Positions 50,288 through 60,989 are shown, counted from the stretch's first letter. The stretch: 64,000 nucleotides of DNA from Dehalococcoidia bacterium (GCA_965219085.1 OZ244720.1:832001-896000), one strand, 5' to 3'. Translations and numbers: made by a program. The notes: generated by a model from the sequence alone, not told the origin.

Positions 50288-51063
50288 GAGCTGCGGCCGT
50301 GCAGCGCGTTGTTGTAGGCATCGGCGGCGTCAAGACGAACGTCTGCGAACGCGGCCACCACGCGGTCGACCCAGCGGTTCGCGTCGGCGAGGTCGGTGTC
50401 CGTCGTCCCTTGATGCTGCAAATGAGGAGGCTCCGCGTCGGGGAGCAGTGCGCGGGCGATCTCGAACCATCCTCCCCATGGCCCTTCATCGTCGTCGGGG
50501 TCCTGGCGTTCTACGAGCACGACATGCGCGAGGATCGTTCGCAGCACATCCGGCATCACGAGCGAACGGAACTCCTCGTTGCTGCGAACGATCTCGCTGA
50601 TGCCTTCCACGGACGGGTTGATCAGCAGTTCGGGCCGGTCCATCCCGTCGCCGAAGTCGACGCGCCAGACCTCGTCACCCAGTTCTTCGCTCTCACGCAC
50701 CGGGAGAAGGGACCGGCGCGGTAACACCGGGCGAATATTCGGCGCGTGGCCGAGCAGCAGTCCCGAGCCGTCGCCGGCCACGACGATCACCCGGAACTGC
50801 GCCGAAGCGGGCACATCGGTCAGCTGCCGCTCCTCGTCACTGGGCGGCTCAAGGGCACCGGCCGTGCCGTAGTCCCACCGCTGGACTGCGTTACTGCGCC
50901 ACGCCTCCACGCGCACGCGGGCGCCGTCCGGGAAGCCATAGCTCGACAAGTCGAGGCTCGCGTCGAAGATCGCTGGGTCGTCGCCCTCGGGAGCGCGCAC
51001 GGACACCTGTGCGTGGTTCCGCGTGATCCGCCTCCGCCCCGTGCTATTGAGCCGACTCCTCAT
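50284..51063 (-). CDS. Hypothetical protein, gene B of the GHKL cassette (259 aa)
   Basis: Starts MRSRLNSTGRRRIT; ATGA overlaps at both ends. Confidence 0.75.
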   Translation of the reverse strand: MRSRLNSTGRRRITRNHAQVSVRAPEGDDPAIFDASLDLSSYGFPDGARVRVEAWRSNAVQRWDYGTAGALEPPSDEERQLTDVPASAQFRVIVVAGDGSGLLLGHAPNIRPVLPRRSLLPVRESEELGDEVWRVDFGDGMDRPELLINPSVEGISEIVRSNEEFRSLVMPDVLRTILAHVVLVERQDPDDDEGPWGGWFEIARALLPDAEPPHLQHQGTTDTDLADANRWVDRVVAAFADVRLDAADAYNNALHGRSS

Positions 51064-53039
51064 GAGGAACCGTCCCCATCCGTCGCGTCGTCGGATGACT
51101 CGACACGTTGCATGTCGACGATCACATCTCGATCGTCGAGGCCGGTCACGTCGAGACGCACGGCGTCGGCGAGGACCCGGAACCTGATCATGTTGTCCTC
51201 CGTGCGCTCGACCTCTGCGGAGCGCGAGAGAACCTCGACTTGCCCCGGTTCGATCGAGAAGTCCGGGACACCCCGTCTCGCGCCCTGATCGAACAGGCTG
51301 AACGCGTTGCCGCGGACGACGTCGTAGGCGAATCGCAGCGTCCACTCCGAGCCGACGAGGTCGGCTCCTCGTGGTGTGGTCACGGAGAACCCGGACTCCG
51401 TTCGGCTCGCATTCAGGACGGGCGGCGGGGGCGGCGGAGGTGGCGGTGGGGGAGGGCCGCCGCCCCGGCGGCCGCTCGGAGTGCGGCTGCGGATGTCCGC
51501 TGGATCGGCCGGGAACAGGTCCGCGAGGGCATCGAATTGCTGCTCGTCGGGTCGCTCGGCGAGGCGCTGCAGCAGCAGTACTGCCGCTCGCCTCACTTCC
51601 TGGACGCGGCTGTACCCGCCGACCCAGTGATCCTTGAGACGTTGCTCGTGCGGATCCCACGAGATGTGCGCCGGCCCCTCGGAGTCTCTGAGCAGGTGCG
51701 CCAGCTCCGACTCTCCGTCGACCACTACGAGAACTCGGGCCTTGTAGCGCGTGATGTGATCCATTCTGGGGATGCTGAGGTGACCGCGAACGAAGTAGTC
51801 GTGTCCGCTCGATAGGCCGTCGGCTCGCTCGATGTAGAGCCGGAAGCTGGTAGCCGTACGCTGCGACGTACTCTTCCTCTGGACCCGCGTCTCGAGCGTG
51901 AACGCCAAGCGTTCGCCGCGCTCGTAGCGTTCGCGCAGGTCTTCCAAGTCGAGCAGGTCCAGGGTGTCGTTCGTCCTTGTTGGCACTTGCAGTGTGACGT
52001 GCGCCCCGTCGTCCAGCTGAATTGCCCACTGTGCCAACCGGATGACTCCCGCGAGCGAGTCACGTGACTCCTCGTCGTGAGCGTCCTCACCGGGGGGCAT
52101 CGGGATGTCGACGACTTCGCGAGCGATCGTGTCGGCGCTGATGGTTCGCTGTCGCTCACCGGGCGCGCGGATCTCGACTGTGAGGTCGCCACGCACGATC
52201 GGCAAGAAGTATTGCGTGATGACCGCCCGCGCGATCGAACCGAGTGTGAGTTCTTGCTTCGGGTAGGGCACGATCACCGACAGGCCCGGATGGTCCAGCC
52301 TATCGAGCCCGAAATCCATGAGCGTTTGCAGGACGAAGTCGGGGTCGTCCCGGGAATTGATCGGGAGCGGGAGCCACTCGTCGTCTCGTGTATCCGTCTC
52401 AGCGGCCAACTGGCCATAGGGCGGGTGCTTCGTCCCGTTGACGGTGTGCGTCCTCAGTACCGCCATCCCCATGAGTAGCGTGTGATCTTCGCCTGCACGC
52501 CGGGTCGCGCCGAGGTACGCGTTGACCATCGAGGCATCCGGGAAGACCCACTTTCCCAACCCCCACGACCCGCCGGCGTCCTCGCCCTTGGGTGAGATCC
52601 CGATGCTCCGAAAGAAGCCCCAGAAGTGGTTGTCGGGCTCGTTCGCGTCGTTCGCCTCGATGTCGCCAGCAAGGCCGGTCGTGCCGAAGTCCTCGACCGT
52701 GACCCATGGCATCGGCCCGGCCAGGGAAGCCAAAGCCTCGTCGATGCTTTCACGCTCTGCAGCGTCGGCGCTCGGATCGGCCTGGATGTGAGGGGCGAGC
52801 TCGCCGAGATAGCGGGCAGCGGCATCTACACTGAGGGCGTCGGTCTCGCCGCTGAAGGTGAACCGCACCCTCACGGGTTCATTCCCTTGTCGGGCGTCCA
52901 GCGAATTCTGAAGCGACTCTCGGACAACGCGCTCAGAGAGATCTGAAGCGGAGGTGAAAAACTCACCCTGTACAGGATCCTGGTTGATCTCCGACGGCAT
53001 CATGCGCCGGAATCGCCATCGCGGTTGTCCCGAATCCAC
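51060..53039 (-). CDS. GHKL-type (MORC/HSP90-like) ATPase, gene A of the cassette
   Basis: RESLQNSLDA, EDFGTTG, GGSWGLGK boxes; poly-Pro linker; GGAGG before GTG at 53039. Confidence 0.75.
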   Translation of the reverse strand: MDSGQPRWRFRRMMPSEINQDPVQGEFFTSASDLSERVVRESLQNSLDARQGNEPVRVRFTFSGETDALSVDAAARYLGELAPHIQADPSADAAERESIDEALASLAGPMPWVTVEDFGTTGLAGDIEANDANEPDNHFWGFFRSIGISPKGEDAGGSWGLGKWVFPDASMVNAYLGATRRAGEDHTLLMGMAVLRTHTVNGTKHPPYGQLAAETDTRDDEWLPLPINSRDDPDFVLQTLMDFGLDRLDHPGLSVIVPYPKQELTLGSIARAVITQYFLPIVRGDLTVEIRAPGERQRTISADTIAREVVDIPMPPGEDAHDEESRDSLAGVIRLAQWAIQLDDGAHVTLQVPTRTNDTLDLLDLEDLRERYERGERLAFTLETRVQRKSTSQRTATSFRLYIERADGLSSGHDYFVRGHLSIPRMDHITRYKARVLVVVDGESELAHLLRDSEGPAHISWDPHEQRLKDHWVGGYSRVQEVRRAAVLLLQRLAERPDEQQFDALADLFPADPADIRSRTPSGRRGGGPPPPPPPPPPPPVLNASRTESGFSVTTPRGADLVGSEWTLRFAYDVVRGNAFSLFDQGARRGVPDFSIEPGQVEVLSRSAEVERTEDNMIRFRVLADAVRLDVTGLDDRDVIVDMQRVESSDDATDGDGSS

Positions 53040-53170
53040 TGTTGACCCTCCCCATCCGTCGTCAGTGGGCAACCCTATGCCGTATCACGTACGGAGATCA
53101 ATGTCGCGAGCCTCGGAATAATGCGCGTAGTCGGCGGGCTGCGCCCGCGTCAGTTCATCGTGGTTCGGCG

Positions 53171-54990
53171 CTACCTGACTCCCGCCAATGCACCCTCGCC
53201 GGCCAGCGCCAGCACTTCGGTCTCCGCGTACCGCTTGAACGCCTCGGCGCTCGTGAAGTGGCGGAACCCGTGGTCGTTCGCGATCTGTAGTGTCTCCTGC
53301 TCCTCGCCGAGCAGCAGCGCCACCGGCTCGCTGTAGCCCTGTTGCAGGCCGTTCGGCCAGGCAAGGTCGAGGATGGCGAGCGGGTCGCCGGTATCCGGGT
53401 GTGCAAGTTCGTGCTCGATCTGGCCCTCGGGGAGTCCCTGGCTGCGTACCCAGTCGTTGATGGCTCGGAGGGCAGCCTCCTCCTCGGCGTCTTCGATACC
53501 GCCGGGGATCGTGGCCGGCTCGCTGGCCTTTCCTGCAGCCGCTGCTACCGGCTCCCCCGACTCGATGGCCGGGGCGCCGTGCAAGAGGTCGTCCAGGAGT
53601 GCGTTTGCGGCCTCGGCGAGTAGTCGCTGCCGCTCCTCGAGGAATCGCGGGTAGTTCTCCGTCTCCCAGAGCTCCCGGTCCATCGGTATCCATTGCGACG
53701 CGAGCGCGCCGGGGTGACGCTCCTCGATCTCCGGGAAGTACTCGGCTGGTGGGCGGTCGCTGATCTGGAGATTGGTGTCCTTGGTCAGGAAGCAGAAGTT
53801 AGCGACGGCGTTGACCTGCGACCTCTGGAAGCCCGCGCGGTACAGCAGCGCCTTCGGGAAGATGTGATGCACCTCGAGGGCGTTCATGCGGCCCAGCAGC
53901 GTGTGCTTGAGCGCGAGCCCCGTGCCCCAGTCCTGTGCTTCGCCGACGCGCGTGAGCGCGTACAGGACGGGGTAGAAGCGGGCCCCGAGGCTCCAGCCCC
54001 GGAAGTGCGCTGGCTCGACCCGGAGGCTCCCGTGCCAGAGCCTCAGTTGCTCGATCAGCTGCTCGATGCCGCGGTCGACGTCCTCGATCGCCTCGAAGTC
54101 CTGGTCGAGCACGGTCTCGGTCGAACCGGAGAAGCGGCCCCACATCGCACTCTGGAAATACCAGTAGAGCAGCCGGTCTTGCTCGGCGGCGCCATGTAGG
54201 TGGCCGCCACGACGGTCGATGTACCGAGACATCACGGGCAGTGCGTAGCGCCCGAAGAGCACGCGGTCGTGGTCGAGCCCAAACCGGCCGGCGATGAGGT
54301 TCAGGACGTAGTCGACGCGCTGTTCCGCGCGGGCGAGGCCCTCCCGGACGGCGTCGGTGGACGAGTCGTGGAGGTGCGCGAACCGCGCCTCGCCCGTCAC
54401 GATCGCGTTCACGTTGCGGAGCAGCCAGTCGAGGTTGAAGTCGTACCCACTCTCGCGCCAGCGCTCGAGGATCGACTGCATGCGCTCGCGCCCTTCGGGC
54501 CACGAGCCGCAGATCTTCGCGAGGGCGAGGTCACCCTGCGAGAGCTTCGTGCCGCCGCTGTTGACCCGATTGAAGATGTCCACGACCACTTCGATGGTCT
54601 TGTCGGCACCCGTCACCTCCTCGATGTGAAGGTCGATCTCGCGGATCCCGATGATGTTGTTGAGGCACCCGATGAACTCGCCCTGCATGTCGGCGAACTG
54701 GGGCAGCTGACCGAAGCGGGTGATGTGCTCTCCGAGCCCCGTGTGCCCCGCCTGCATCAGCTCGGAGACATTGATCCAGAGTGGATCGTCCCGCATGAGC
54801 AGCTGCTGGTAGAAACGGAACTCCTCGCTCCCGATGTGAAAGTAGAGGTCGGTGAAGGCTCGCGCGTTGCCGTCAAAGAAGTCCGGCGGCGCGCCCCGGA
54901 TGATGCCGTAGAGCGAAGTGATGCGCTGTTGCCCGTCGAGCAACAGCCGCACGACACCCGGCGCGAGCTCCTGCTCGCCCCGATGCCTTG
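53171..54990 (-). pseudogene. DUF262 / GmrSD-like modification-dependent nuclease, apparently 5'-truncated
   Basis: LDGQQRIT, IFNRVNSGG..L, EVHHIFP, NFCFL...N; the DUF262 N-terminal QR..W segment is missing. Confidence 0.75.
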
Positions 54991-55305
54991 CACCAGGGCG
55001 AAAGCCACGAGCGCGGCCTCATCGAGGGTAGGTCGTCCGAACACCCCGCCGCCTCTCCGCGCAGGAAGCGATCAGCTCAACTCTTGATCAGGAGGAGCCG
55101 CACCACGCGCATGGTACCCACAGTAGCCACCTCACGCAGGTCGTCCGGCATTCCTATCCGCGCGATGCTCGGCCGCCCGGCGTCGACCGTCGGAGAGGCT
55201 TCCCAGCGCGGTAGACTCTCGGCTGGCTCCCCGGACTCGGACTCGCGGCCGAGGTCGCGGAGCAGTCCGCAGTGGCCCTGGCCGCGACGGCTGTCAGGAG
55301 TACGT

Positions 55306-55500
55306 GTGGTCATTCAGAGGTACCTCTTCCGATGGGAAGACGACGACGACGCGCAAGAGCACGGGCACGAGTGCCAGCAGGGCTTTGCGGAGTGTTCGGA
55401 AGAGTGCTTGTCGTGCATCGCCGATGCCGGCGTCGATCCCTGCCGATTCTGCTCTGCGGGCCAAGACGAGAGAAGCACCGCGCGCCCGCAGGAGCGGTGA
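55306..55500 (+). CDS. Small Cys-rich hypothetical protein
   Basis: AGGAG RBS and GTG start; six Cys in 64 aa. Confidence 0.3.
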   Translation: MVIQRYLFRWEDDDDAQEHGHECQQGFAECSEECLSCIADAGVDPCRFCSAGQDERSTARPQER

Positions 55501-55685
55501 CCGCGCACTTCTCCGCGCGAGGGCGGGCTGCGCGTCCTCCTTACGACGTAGCGTTGTGAGCACGGTTCGCCAAGGGGGGCGGCGTGTATGCGCAGCACGC
55601 GCTACGCCTCGCACGACTCCATGTAGTCGTTGAGCTGGGCTCCCCATTCACGGACCGCGGCGCGCGAAACCCGAGCAGCACGCCG

Positions 55686-57650
55686 TCATCCGGCTCCTCC
55701 GCGAAGTCCAGGGCTGGTCAGATCCCGGTGCGAAACGGGGGGTGTGCCGGGGACGCAGCTCCAAGGCTCGCGCTGCATGAGGGTACCGTCGGCGTCGGTG
55801 CCGGCCCAGCTGGCGCTGGCCGGCTCGATCTCGCGGCAATGCTCGATCTTCGCTGTCCTGACGCACTTCCCGTCGAGGACGTAGCTCGTGGCGGACGCGA
55901 CCTTGTGCATCGTTTCGTCCAACGCGATGCGATCGGTCGCGTACATGCCCATCCGCATTTCGTCATCCATCTCGTCGTCGAACGGCCGGCCAAACGCGGC
56001 TTCCGCGTCGGTAACGTCATATAGCAGCACGTGCTCCACGGTGTGGCCCTCGACGATCACGGCGACCCAGCGAACCTGCACGCCGCCGATCTCCACCAAC
56101 CGTTCGGTGACCGATGCCACCTTGCGCACGTCCCTCGGCTCGGGTTCGTAGACGAGGAGCCCGAGCACAAGCTCGTACAGGTCGTCCGCCATCGACGTGA
56201 TCTCATCAGCCATCGTGAGTTGCTCGCGCCACGCGGCCGGAATGCCGTCGACCCCGTAGTACGCCCCGGCGATCTGACCGTAGATCGCGGCAGTCGTATC
56301 GGCGTCGCCGCCGAGGTTCGCCGCGAGCAGGGCGCCTTCGCGGAAGTTGTCCGAGTGGTGGAACGCCCAGAGCGCCGCCTCGATCGACCGAACGACGTAA
56401 CCGGTGCCCCTGATCTCCGGCGGGTTGCGATTCTTGAAGGAGCCGTTGGCGATGCGGGCAATCGCCTCCACCAGCGGATGGCTCTCCCATAACCCCTCGA
56501 CAGGGCAGTAGCCAGCGGAGAGGAGCGTCTCCTTGCCGACGTCACCAAGCGCGCCGACGAGCAGGCCGGCGAAGTAGCGGCAGGCGTCGACCGCCTCCCG
56601 CGCCCCGTGCGTCGTCCGGGAACTATCTGCCGCCTTGGTGATGGCATCGGCCGGGTGGCCCCAGTAGTACATCGGGACCGGCGCAAGCCGCATGAGGGAG
56701 CCGTTCCCCGCGGTCTGCGAGTCCGTGGAACCGGCGTACGGGTCGGCGTCCCGCTCGAAGCGAGACAGCGCATCCCTCACCGTGGTCCCGATGTCGAAGC
56801 ACCGGCCTGTGGAGGACAGGTAGCCCTCCCGCCACCACCGCACGTAACGCTCCATCTGGTCGGTGGGGTCGAAGCCCTTCTGTTCGATCAGGCTTGTCGC
56901 GAGGCACAGTGCCATCGACGTATCGTCGGTCCACTGGCCGGGCTTCAGTCCGAACGGGCCGCCGCCGACCATGTCGTCGATCGCTTCGAACGTGCCCGGC
57001 GGCTGGAACTCGAGCGTGGTGCCGAGGGCGTCGCCCGCAGCCAGACCGAGCAGGCAGCCCCGGAATCGATCCAGTGTGGTGATCTCACTCATTGGGCTCT
57101 CCTCCGGTGAAGGCTCCGTCCATTCGCGGACGTAGCGGAACTGCTCGGATGTCTCGGGCGACTGCGGCTTGCGGCGGGCCTTCGCGACTCCCTGCCACCA
57201 CTCCGCGAGCTGTCTCAGCGCCTCGTCGCCCGTCCGCCCGTGCCGTACCAGCCAGCAGCCGACGACGGTGCCGGTCCGTCCGACCCCGCCCCAGCAGTGG
57301 AGGTAGACGGTCCCTTCTTCGTCCAGAGCGTCGTCGATGGCGTCGAGGATGTCGGCCATCTCCTGGGGGCTGCCGGGCACGCCCACGTCGACGATCGAAT
57401 GCCGCTCATGCGCGACGTCCATGCCAAGACCGTCGGCTTCCGCTTCGGCGATGTCGGTGTATGGCTCCAGCCCTTCGCTGGGCTCGGTCAGATCGATGAA
57501 GTGGTCGATGCCCGCGCTCAGCAGCGTGCGGAGCCTGGCTGCGGCCTCGTTGCGGTGCTTGTCGCCCGGGTACTCGCCGGCGGCGAAGCGGCCGGGGACG
57601 ACCCAGTAGCTGTTGGGGATCGGGCGATCAGAGCTGCCTGCGGGGTTCAA
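55686..57650 (-). CDS. Fusion: dual-specificity/Tyr phosphatase + ADP-ribosylglycohydrolase + unknown C-terminal domain
   Basis: HCWGGVGRTG (CX5R); GDALG, WTDDT, GNGSLMR, GGDADTT. Confidence 0.88.
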   Translation of the reverse strand: MNPAGSSDRPIPNSYWVVPGRFAAGEYPGDKHRNEAAARLRTLLSAGIDHFIDLTEPSEGLEPYTDIAEAEADGLGMDVAHERHSIVDVGVPGSPQEMADILDAIDDALDEEGTVYLHCWGGVGRTGTVVGCWLVRHGRTGDEALRQLAEWWQGVAKARRKPQSPETSEQFRYVREWTEPSPEESPMSEITTLDRFRGCLLGLAAGDALGTTLEFQPPGTFEAIDDMVGGGPFGLKPGQWTDDTSMALCLATSLIEQKGFDPTDQMERYVRWWREGYLSSTGRCFDIGTTVRDALSRFERDADPYAGSTDSQTAGNGSLMRLAPVPMYYWGHPADAITKAADSSRTTHGAREAVDACRYFAGLLVGALGDVGKETLLSAGYCPVEGLWESHPLVEAIARIANGSFKNRNPPEIRGTGYVVRSIEAALWAFHHSDNFREGALLAANLGGDADTTAAIYGQIAGAYYGVDGIPAAWREQLTMADEITSMADDLYELVLGLLVYEPEPRDVRKVASVTERLVEIGGVQVRWVAVIVEGHTVEHVLLYDVTDAEAAFGRPFDDEMDDEMRMGMYATDRIALDETMHKVASATSYVLDGKCVRTAKIEHCREIEPASASWAGTDADGTLMQREPWSCVPGTPPVSHRDLTSPGLRGGAG

Positions 57651-57776
57651 CTGGGCGACCTCCGGTTTGTTTCGACGGGCTCACGGCCATTCGTTCGGGT
57701 GATGTCGGGTGGGAGTGTAGGTTCTGCAATGAACGGGCCGTGCCGCTCGACGCGAGCGCTGAGCCGGTGCTTACGG

Positions 57777-58748
57777 CTAGAACTCGCCCTCCCTGACCGG
57801 TCGGGCTGGGAGGGCGACGACCACCGGCGTCACCGGCTCGTTGCCGGGGACGACCCCATCCCCCACCTTGAGGCTCCTCGCTGCCACGCTGTCCATGCCC
57901 GCGAGCTTCGCGGCGCCGGTCAGGGCTTCCACGTCGCCGCCGTAGTACTCGAACCACGGTAGCCCGGCCGCCGAGTAGTCCTGCGCGCTCACCGGTTCGT
58001 GGGGAGGCTCGCCGCCGGTCACGCCGAGGAACTGGACGCTGTTCAGGATGTGTACGAAGCAGCGGGACCGCACCGACGTCTCCCACGCATCGAAACCGTA
58101 GGGGTCTTCGTAGACCTCCTGGCGCATCAGGCCGCCCGGAGCGAGACTCATCTCGCCGTCCGGGACGGGAGCAAGAGCCAGGACTTCCTCCTCGACGCGG
58201 CGTTCCAGCGCGAGGGCCTCGTAGCTCGACACCTTCATCGGATGGACGGCGATCTGCAGGCCGCCGTGCTGTGCCTCGCCGGTGAGCTGCTCCTCGGCGG
58301 AGTACCCCGCGCCCAGGGGCATCGCCACGAATTGCCGCACCAGTCCTTGCTCGACGCAGAAGCCGTCCAGCCACGGCTGCTCGGGGACCACGAGGTAGTC
58401 CTGCGGCGAATCGGAGAGCTCGTTCGTCCACGGGTCCCCCGTCAGTGCGTTGATCTTCCCGGCCGCCACCTTCACGGCCATCGGGTAGCTCCCGGTGAAG
58501 CTGAGCCACATCGCCTCGGCCTGGTACATCGGGAGAAACACCCCGCCGCGCGCCGCCCACTCCGCGGGCAGTCGCTCCAGGTAGTCGTCGACGTGGCTGA
58601 GCGGGAACGCCCCCGGGCCCTGCGGCAGGGGATAGTCGCGGTTGTCGTCGGGGATGCGCAGTGTGCGCTGGAACTCGACCTCCAGCACGGCGTCGTCATG
58701 GACCTCGGGGAACCGGAATATCAGACGGTTGTGCTGGTGCTCGATCAC
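57777..58748 (-). CDS. Conserved hypothetical protein (FQRTLRIPDD family)
   Basis: FQRTLRIPDD, GVFLPMYQAEAMW, QPWLDGF, RQFVAMPLG.GY; AGGAGA RBS. Confidence 0.8.
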   Translation of the reverse strand: MIEHQHNRLIFRFPEVHDDAVLEVEFQRTLRIPDDNRDYPLPQGPGAFPLSHVDDYLERLPAEWAARGGVFLPMYQAEAMWLSFTGSYPMAVKVAAGKINALTGDPWTNELSDSPQDYLVVPEQPWLDGFCVEQGLVRQFVAMPLGAGYSAEEQLTGEAQHGGLQIAVHPMKVSSYEALALERRVEEEVLALAPVPDGEMSLAPGGLMRQEVYEDPYGFDAWETSVRSRCFVHILNSVQFLGVTGGEPPHEPVSAQDYSAAGLPWFEYYGGDVEALTGAAKLAGMDSVAARSLKVGDGVVPGNEPVTPVVVALPARPVREGEF

Positions 58749-58786
58749 AGATGTCTCCTTCTCGTGGTGGTTGCTTCCTGCCAGCC

Positions 58787-59758
58787 GGAGGGCGTCTCGA
58801 CCCGCCGCGTCGACGACCTCGTGCGCTCGCTCGGCTGTGAGGGCATCTCGAAAAGAGCCAGGTCTCGAGGATCTGCGCAGAGCTCGACACGGTCGTCGCG
58901 AGCTTCCTCGGCCGGCCGCTCGACGGCGGTCCCTACCCCTACCTGTGGCTCGACGCGCTCACGCAGCGGGTGCGCGAGGAGGGCCGCATCGCTCAGGTCA
59001 GCCCTGCGGGGTATCCCCGCGTACGCGGGAAGGGTGGTCGCCACCGCGGTCAACGCCGAGGGCAAGCGCGAGGTGCTGGGCATCGACGTCGGCACCAGCG
59101 AGGACGGGGCGTTCTGGCTAGCGTTTCTGCGCGGGCTCGTGGCACGAGGGCTCTCCGGTGTGGAGTTGGTGACCTCCGACGCCCTCAGGGCCTCAAGGAG
59201 GCGATCGCGACTGTCTTCGGCGGCGCCTCGTGGCAGCGCTGCCGCACGCACTTCATGAGGAATCTGCTGACGCGCGTGCCGAAGAGCGCCGAGGCGCTGG
59301 TGGCGACGACGGTGCGCACGATCTATCAGCAGCCGTCGGCGGAGGCGGTGCACGCCCAGCACGCCCGGGTGGTGGAGCAGCTGGACGCGCGCTTCCCCGA
59401 TGCCGCGGTCATGCTCGCCGACGCGGCCGCGGAGATACTGGCGTTCACGGCCTTCCCGGTCGCGCACTGGAAACAGGTCTGGTCGAACAACCCGCTGGAG
59501 CGGCTCAACAAGGAAATCCGCCGGCGCACCAACGTGGTCGGCATCTTCCCCAACCGCGCCGCGGTGGTCCGGCTGGTCGGCGCCGTGCTCGCCGAGCAGC
59601 ACGACGAGTGGGCGGTCGCGAGGCGCTACATGACGATGGTGACGCTGCTGCCCCCGCCGGGGCTCACGGCCGCGTCAGGCGAGGAGGTGCTGCTGCAGGC
59701 TGCCAGCTAGCAATTGATAAGGATGGTGCACTGTGACACCACCTTGCGGGACGTGACC
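58787..59758 (+). mobile_element. 5'-truncated, frameshifted IS256-family element related to 16074-17439
   Basis: EGVSTRRV...NNPLERLNKEIRRR...EEVLLQAAS; right IR ...GGGACGTGACC. Confidence 0.85.
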
Positions 59759-59895
59759 GGCGCATCCTCGCCCGCGCCCACCAGATGGCATGAGGGCCGG
59801 TCTCCTCCTCAAGGGGGGATACTCGCCCCCGAAACAGCGGCCTCGATGGGCCAGAACGGCTCTCTGCGGAGCCTTGACGAGGTAGGAGACCGGCC

Positions 59896-60984
59896 ATGCA
59901 GCAGGATATCGCAACGACGCGGAGCATCGAGGGCAGGGATGGGCCTGCGTTCACCGTCGGCCTCGACGTAGGAGACCGCTACATCCACGTCTGCGTCCTC
60001 GGCAGCGGCGGCGAGGTGGTGCGCGAGCGGCGCGTCCGCACCACGGCGGCGGCGCTCGGCGGCGCACTGGAGGACCTTCCGCCGGCGCGGGTCGTGCTCG
60101 AGGCGGGGCCGCGCTCGCCGTGGCTGAGCCGCGTCGTGGCGGATCTCGGCCACGAGGCGGTCGTCGCCAACCCTCGCCAGGTCGCGCTGATCGCCCGCAG
60201 CCAGCGCAAGACCGACCGCCTCGACGCCGCATGGCTGGCGCGGCTGGGGCGCTTCGACCCGGAGTTGCTCGCCCCGATCCGCCACCGCAGCGAGCAGAGC
60301 CAGCATGACCTCGCCGTGGTGCGCGCCCGCGACGCGCTGGTGCGCTCGCGCACGCTGCTCATCAACCACATGCGCGGGGCCGTCAAGGCCTGCGGCGCCG
60401 CGCTGCCGTCGTGCACGGCCGAGGCCTTCCACCGCAAGGCGGCGGAGCACATCCCCGATGGGCTGCGCCCGGCGCTGCTGCCGCTGGTGGAGGCGATCGG
60501 CGAGCTGACCGCGCGTATCGCGGCGGCCGGGCGGGAGGTCGAGGCGTTGTGCGAGGCCCACCCCGAGACCGCGGCGCTGCGCCAGGTCACCGGCGTGGGG
60601 CCGATCACCGCGCTCACGTTCGTGCTGACGATCGAGAACCCGGGGCGCTTCCCGAAGAACCGGGAGGTGGGGGCCTACCTCGGGCTCGTACCGCGGCAGC
60701 GCGAGTCTGGAGAGCGCGCGCCACAGCTCCGGATCAGCAAGAGCGGCGACGCGGGCTTGCGGCGGCTGCTGGTGCAGGCCGCGCACTACATCCTCGGTGC
60801 CTTCGGACCCGATACCGACCTGCGCCGCTGGGGTGAGCGCTACGCGGGAACAGGGGCGGGCAACGCGAAGAAGCGCGCGGTTGTGGCTGTCGCACGACGG
60901 CTGGCGGTGCTGCTGCTCGCGCTGTGGAAGACAGGGGAGTTCTACGAGCCGCTGCGCCACGCCGTGGCCCGCGAGGCCGCGTAG
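59896..60984 (+). CDS. IS110/IS1111 DEDD recombinase
   Basis: VGLDVG, LEAG, KTDRLDA, GVGPITA, YLGLVP.Q.ESG. Confidence 0.93.
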   Translation: MQQDIATTRSIEGRDGPAFTVGLDVGDRYIHVCVLGSGGEVVRERRVRTTAAALGGALEDLPPARVVLEAGPRSPWLSRVVADLGHEAVVANPRQVALIARSQRKTDRLDAAWLARLGRFDPELLAPIRHRSEQSQHDLAVVRARDALVRSRTLLINHMRGAVKACGAALPSCTAEAFHRKAAEHIPDGLRPALLPLVEAIGELTARIAAAGREVEALCEAHPETAALRQVTGVGPITALTFVLTIENPGRFPKNREVGAYLGLVPRQRESGERAPQLRISKSGDAGLRRLLVQAAHYILGAFGPDTDLRRWGERYAGTGAGNAKKRAVVAVARRLAVLLLALWKTGEFYEPLRHAVAREAA

Positions 60985-60989
60985 CGGGG

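Noticed and set aside
59003-59033. CRISPR array
   Set aside because: Single repeat-like unit with no spacers and no cas genes in the window
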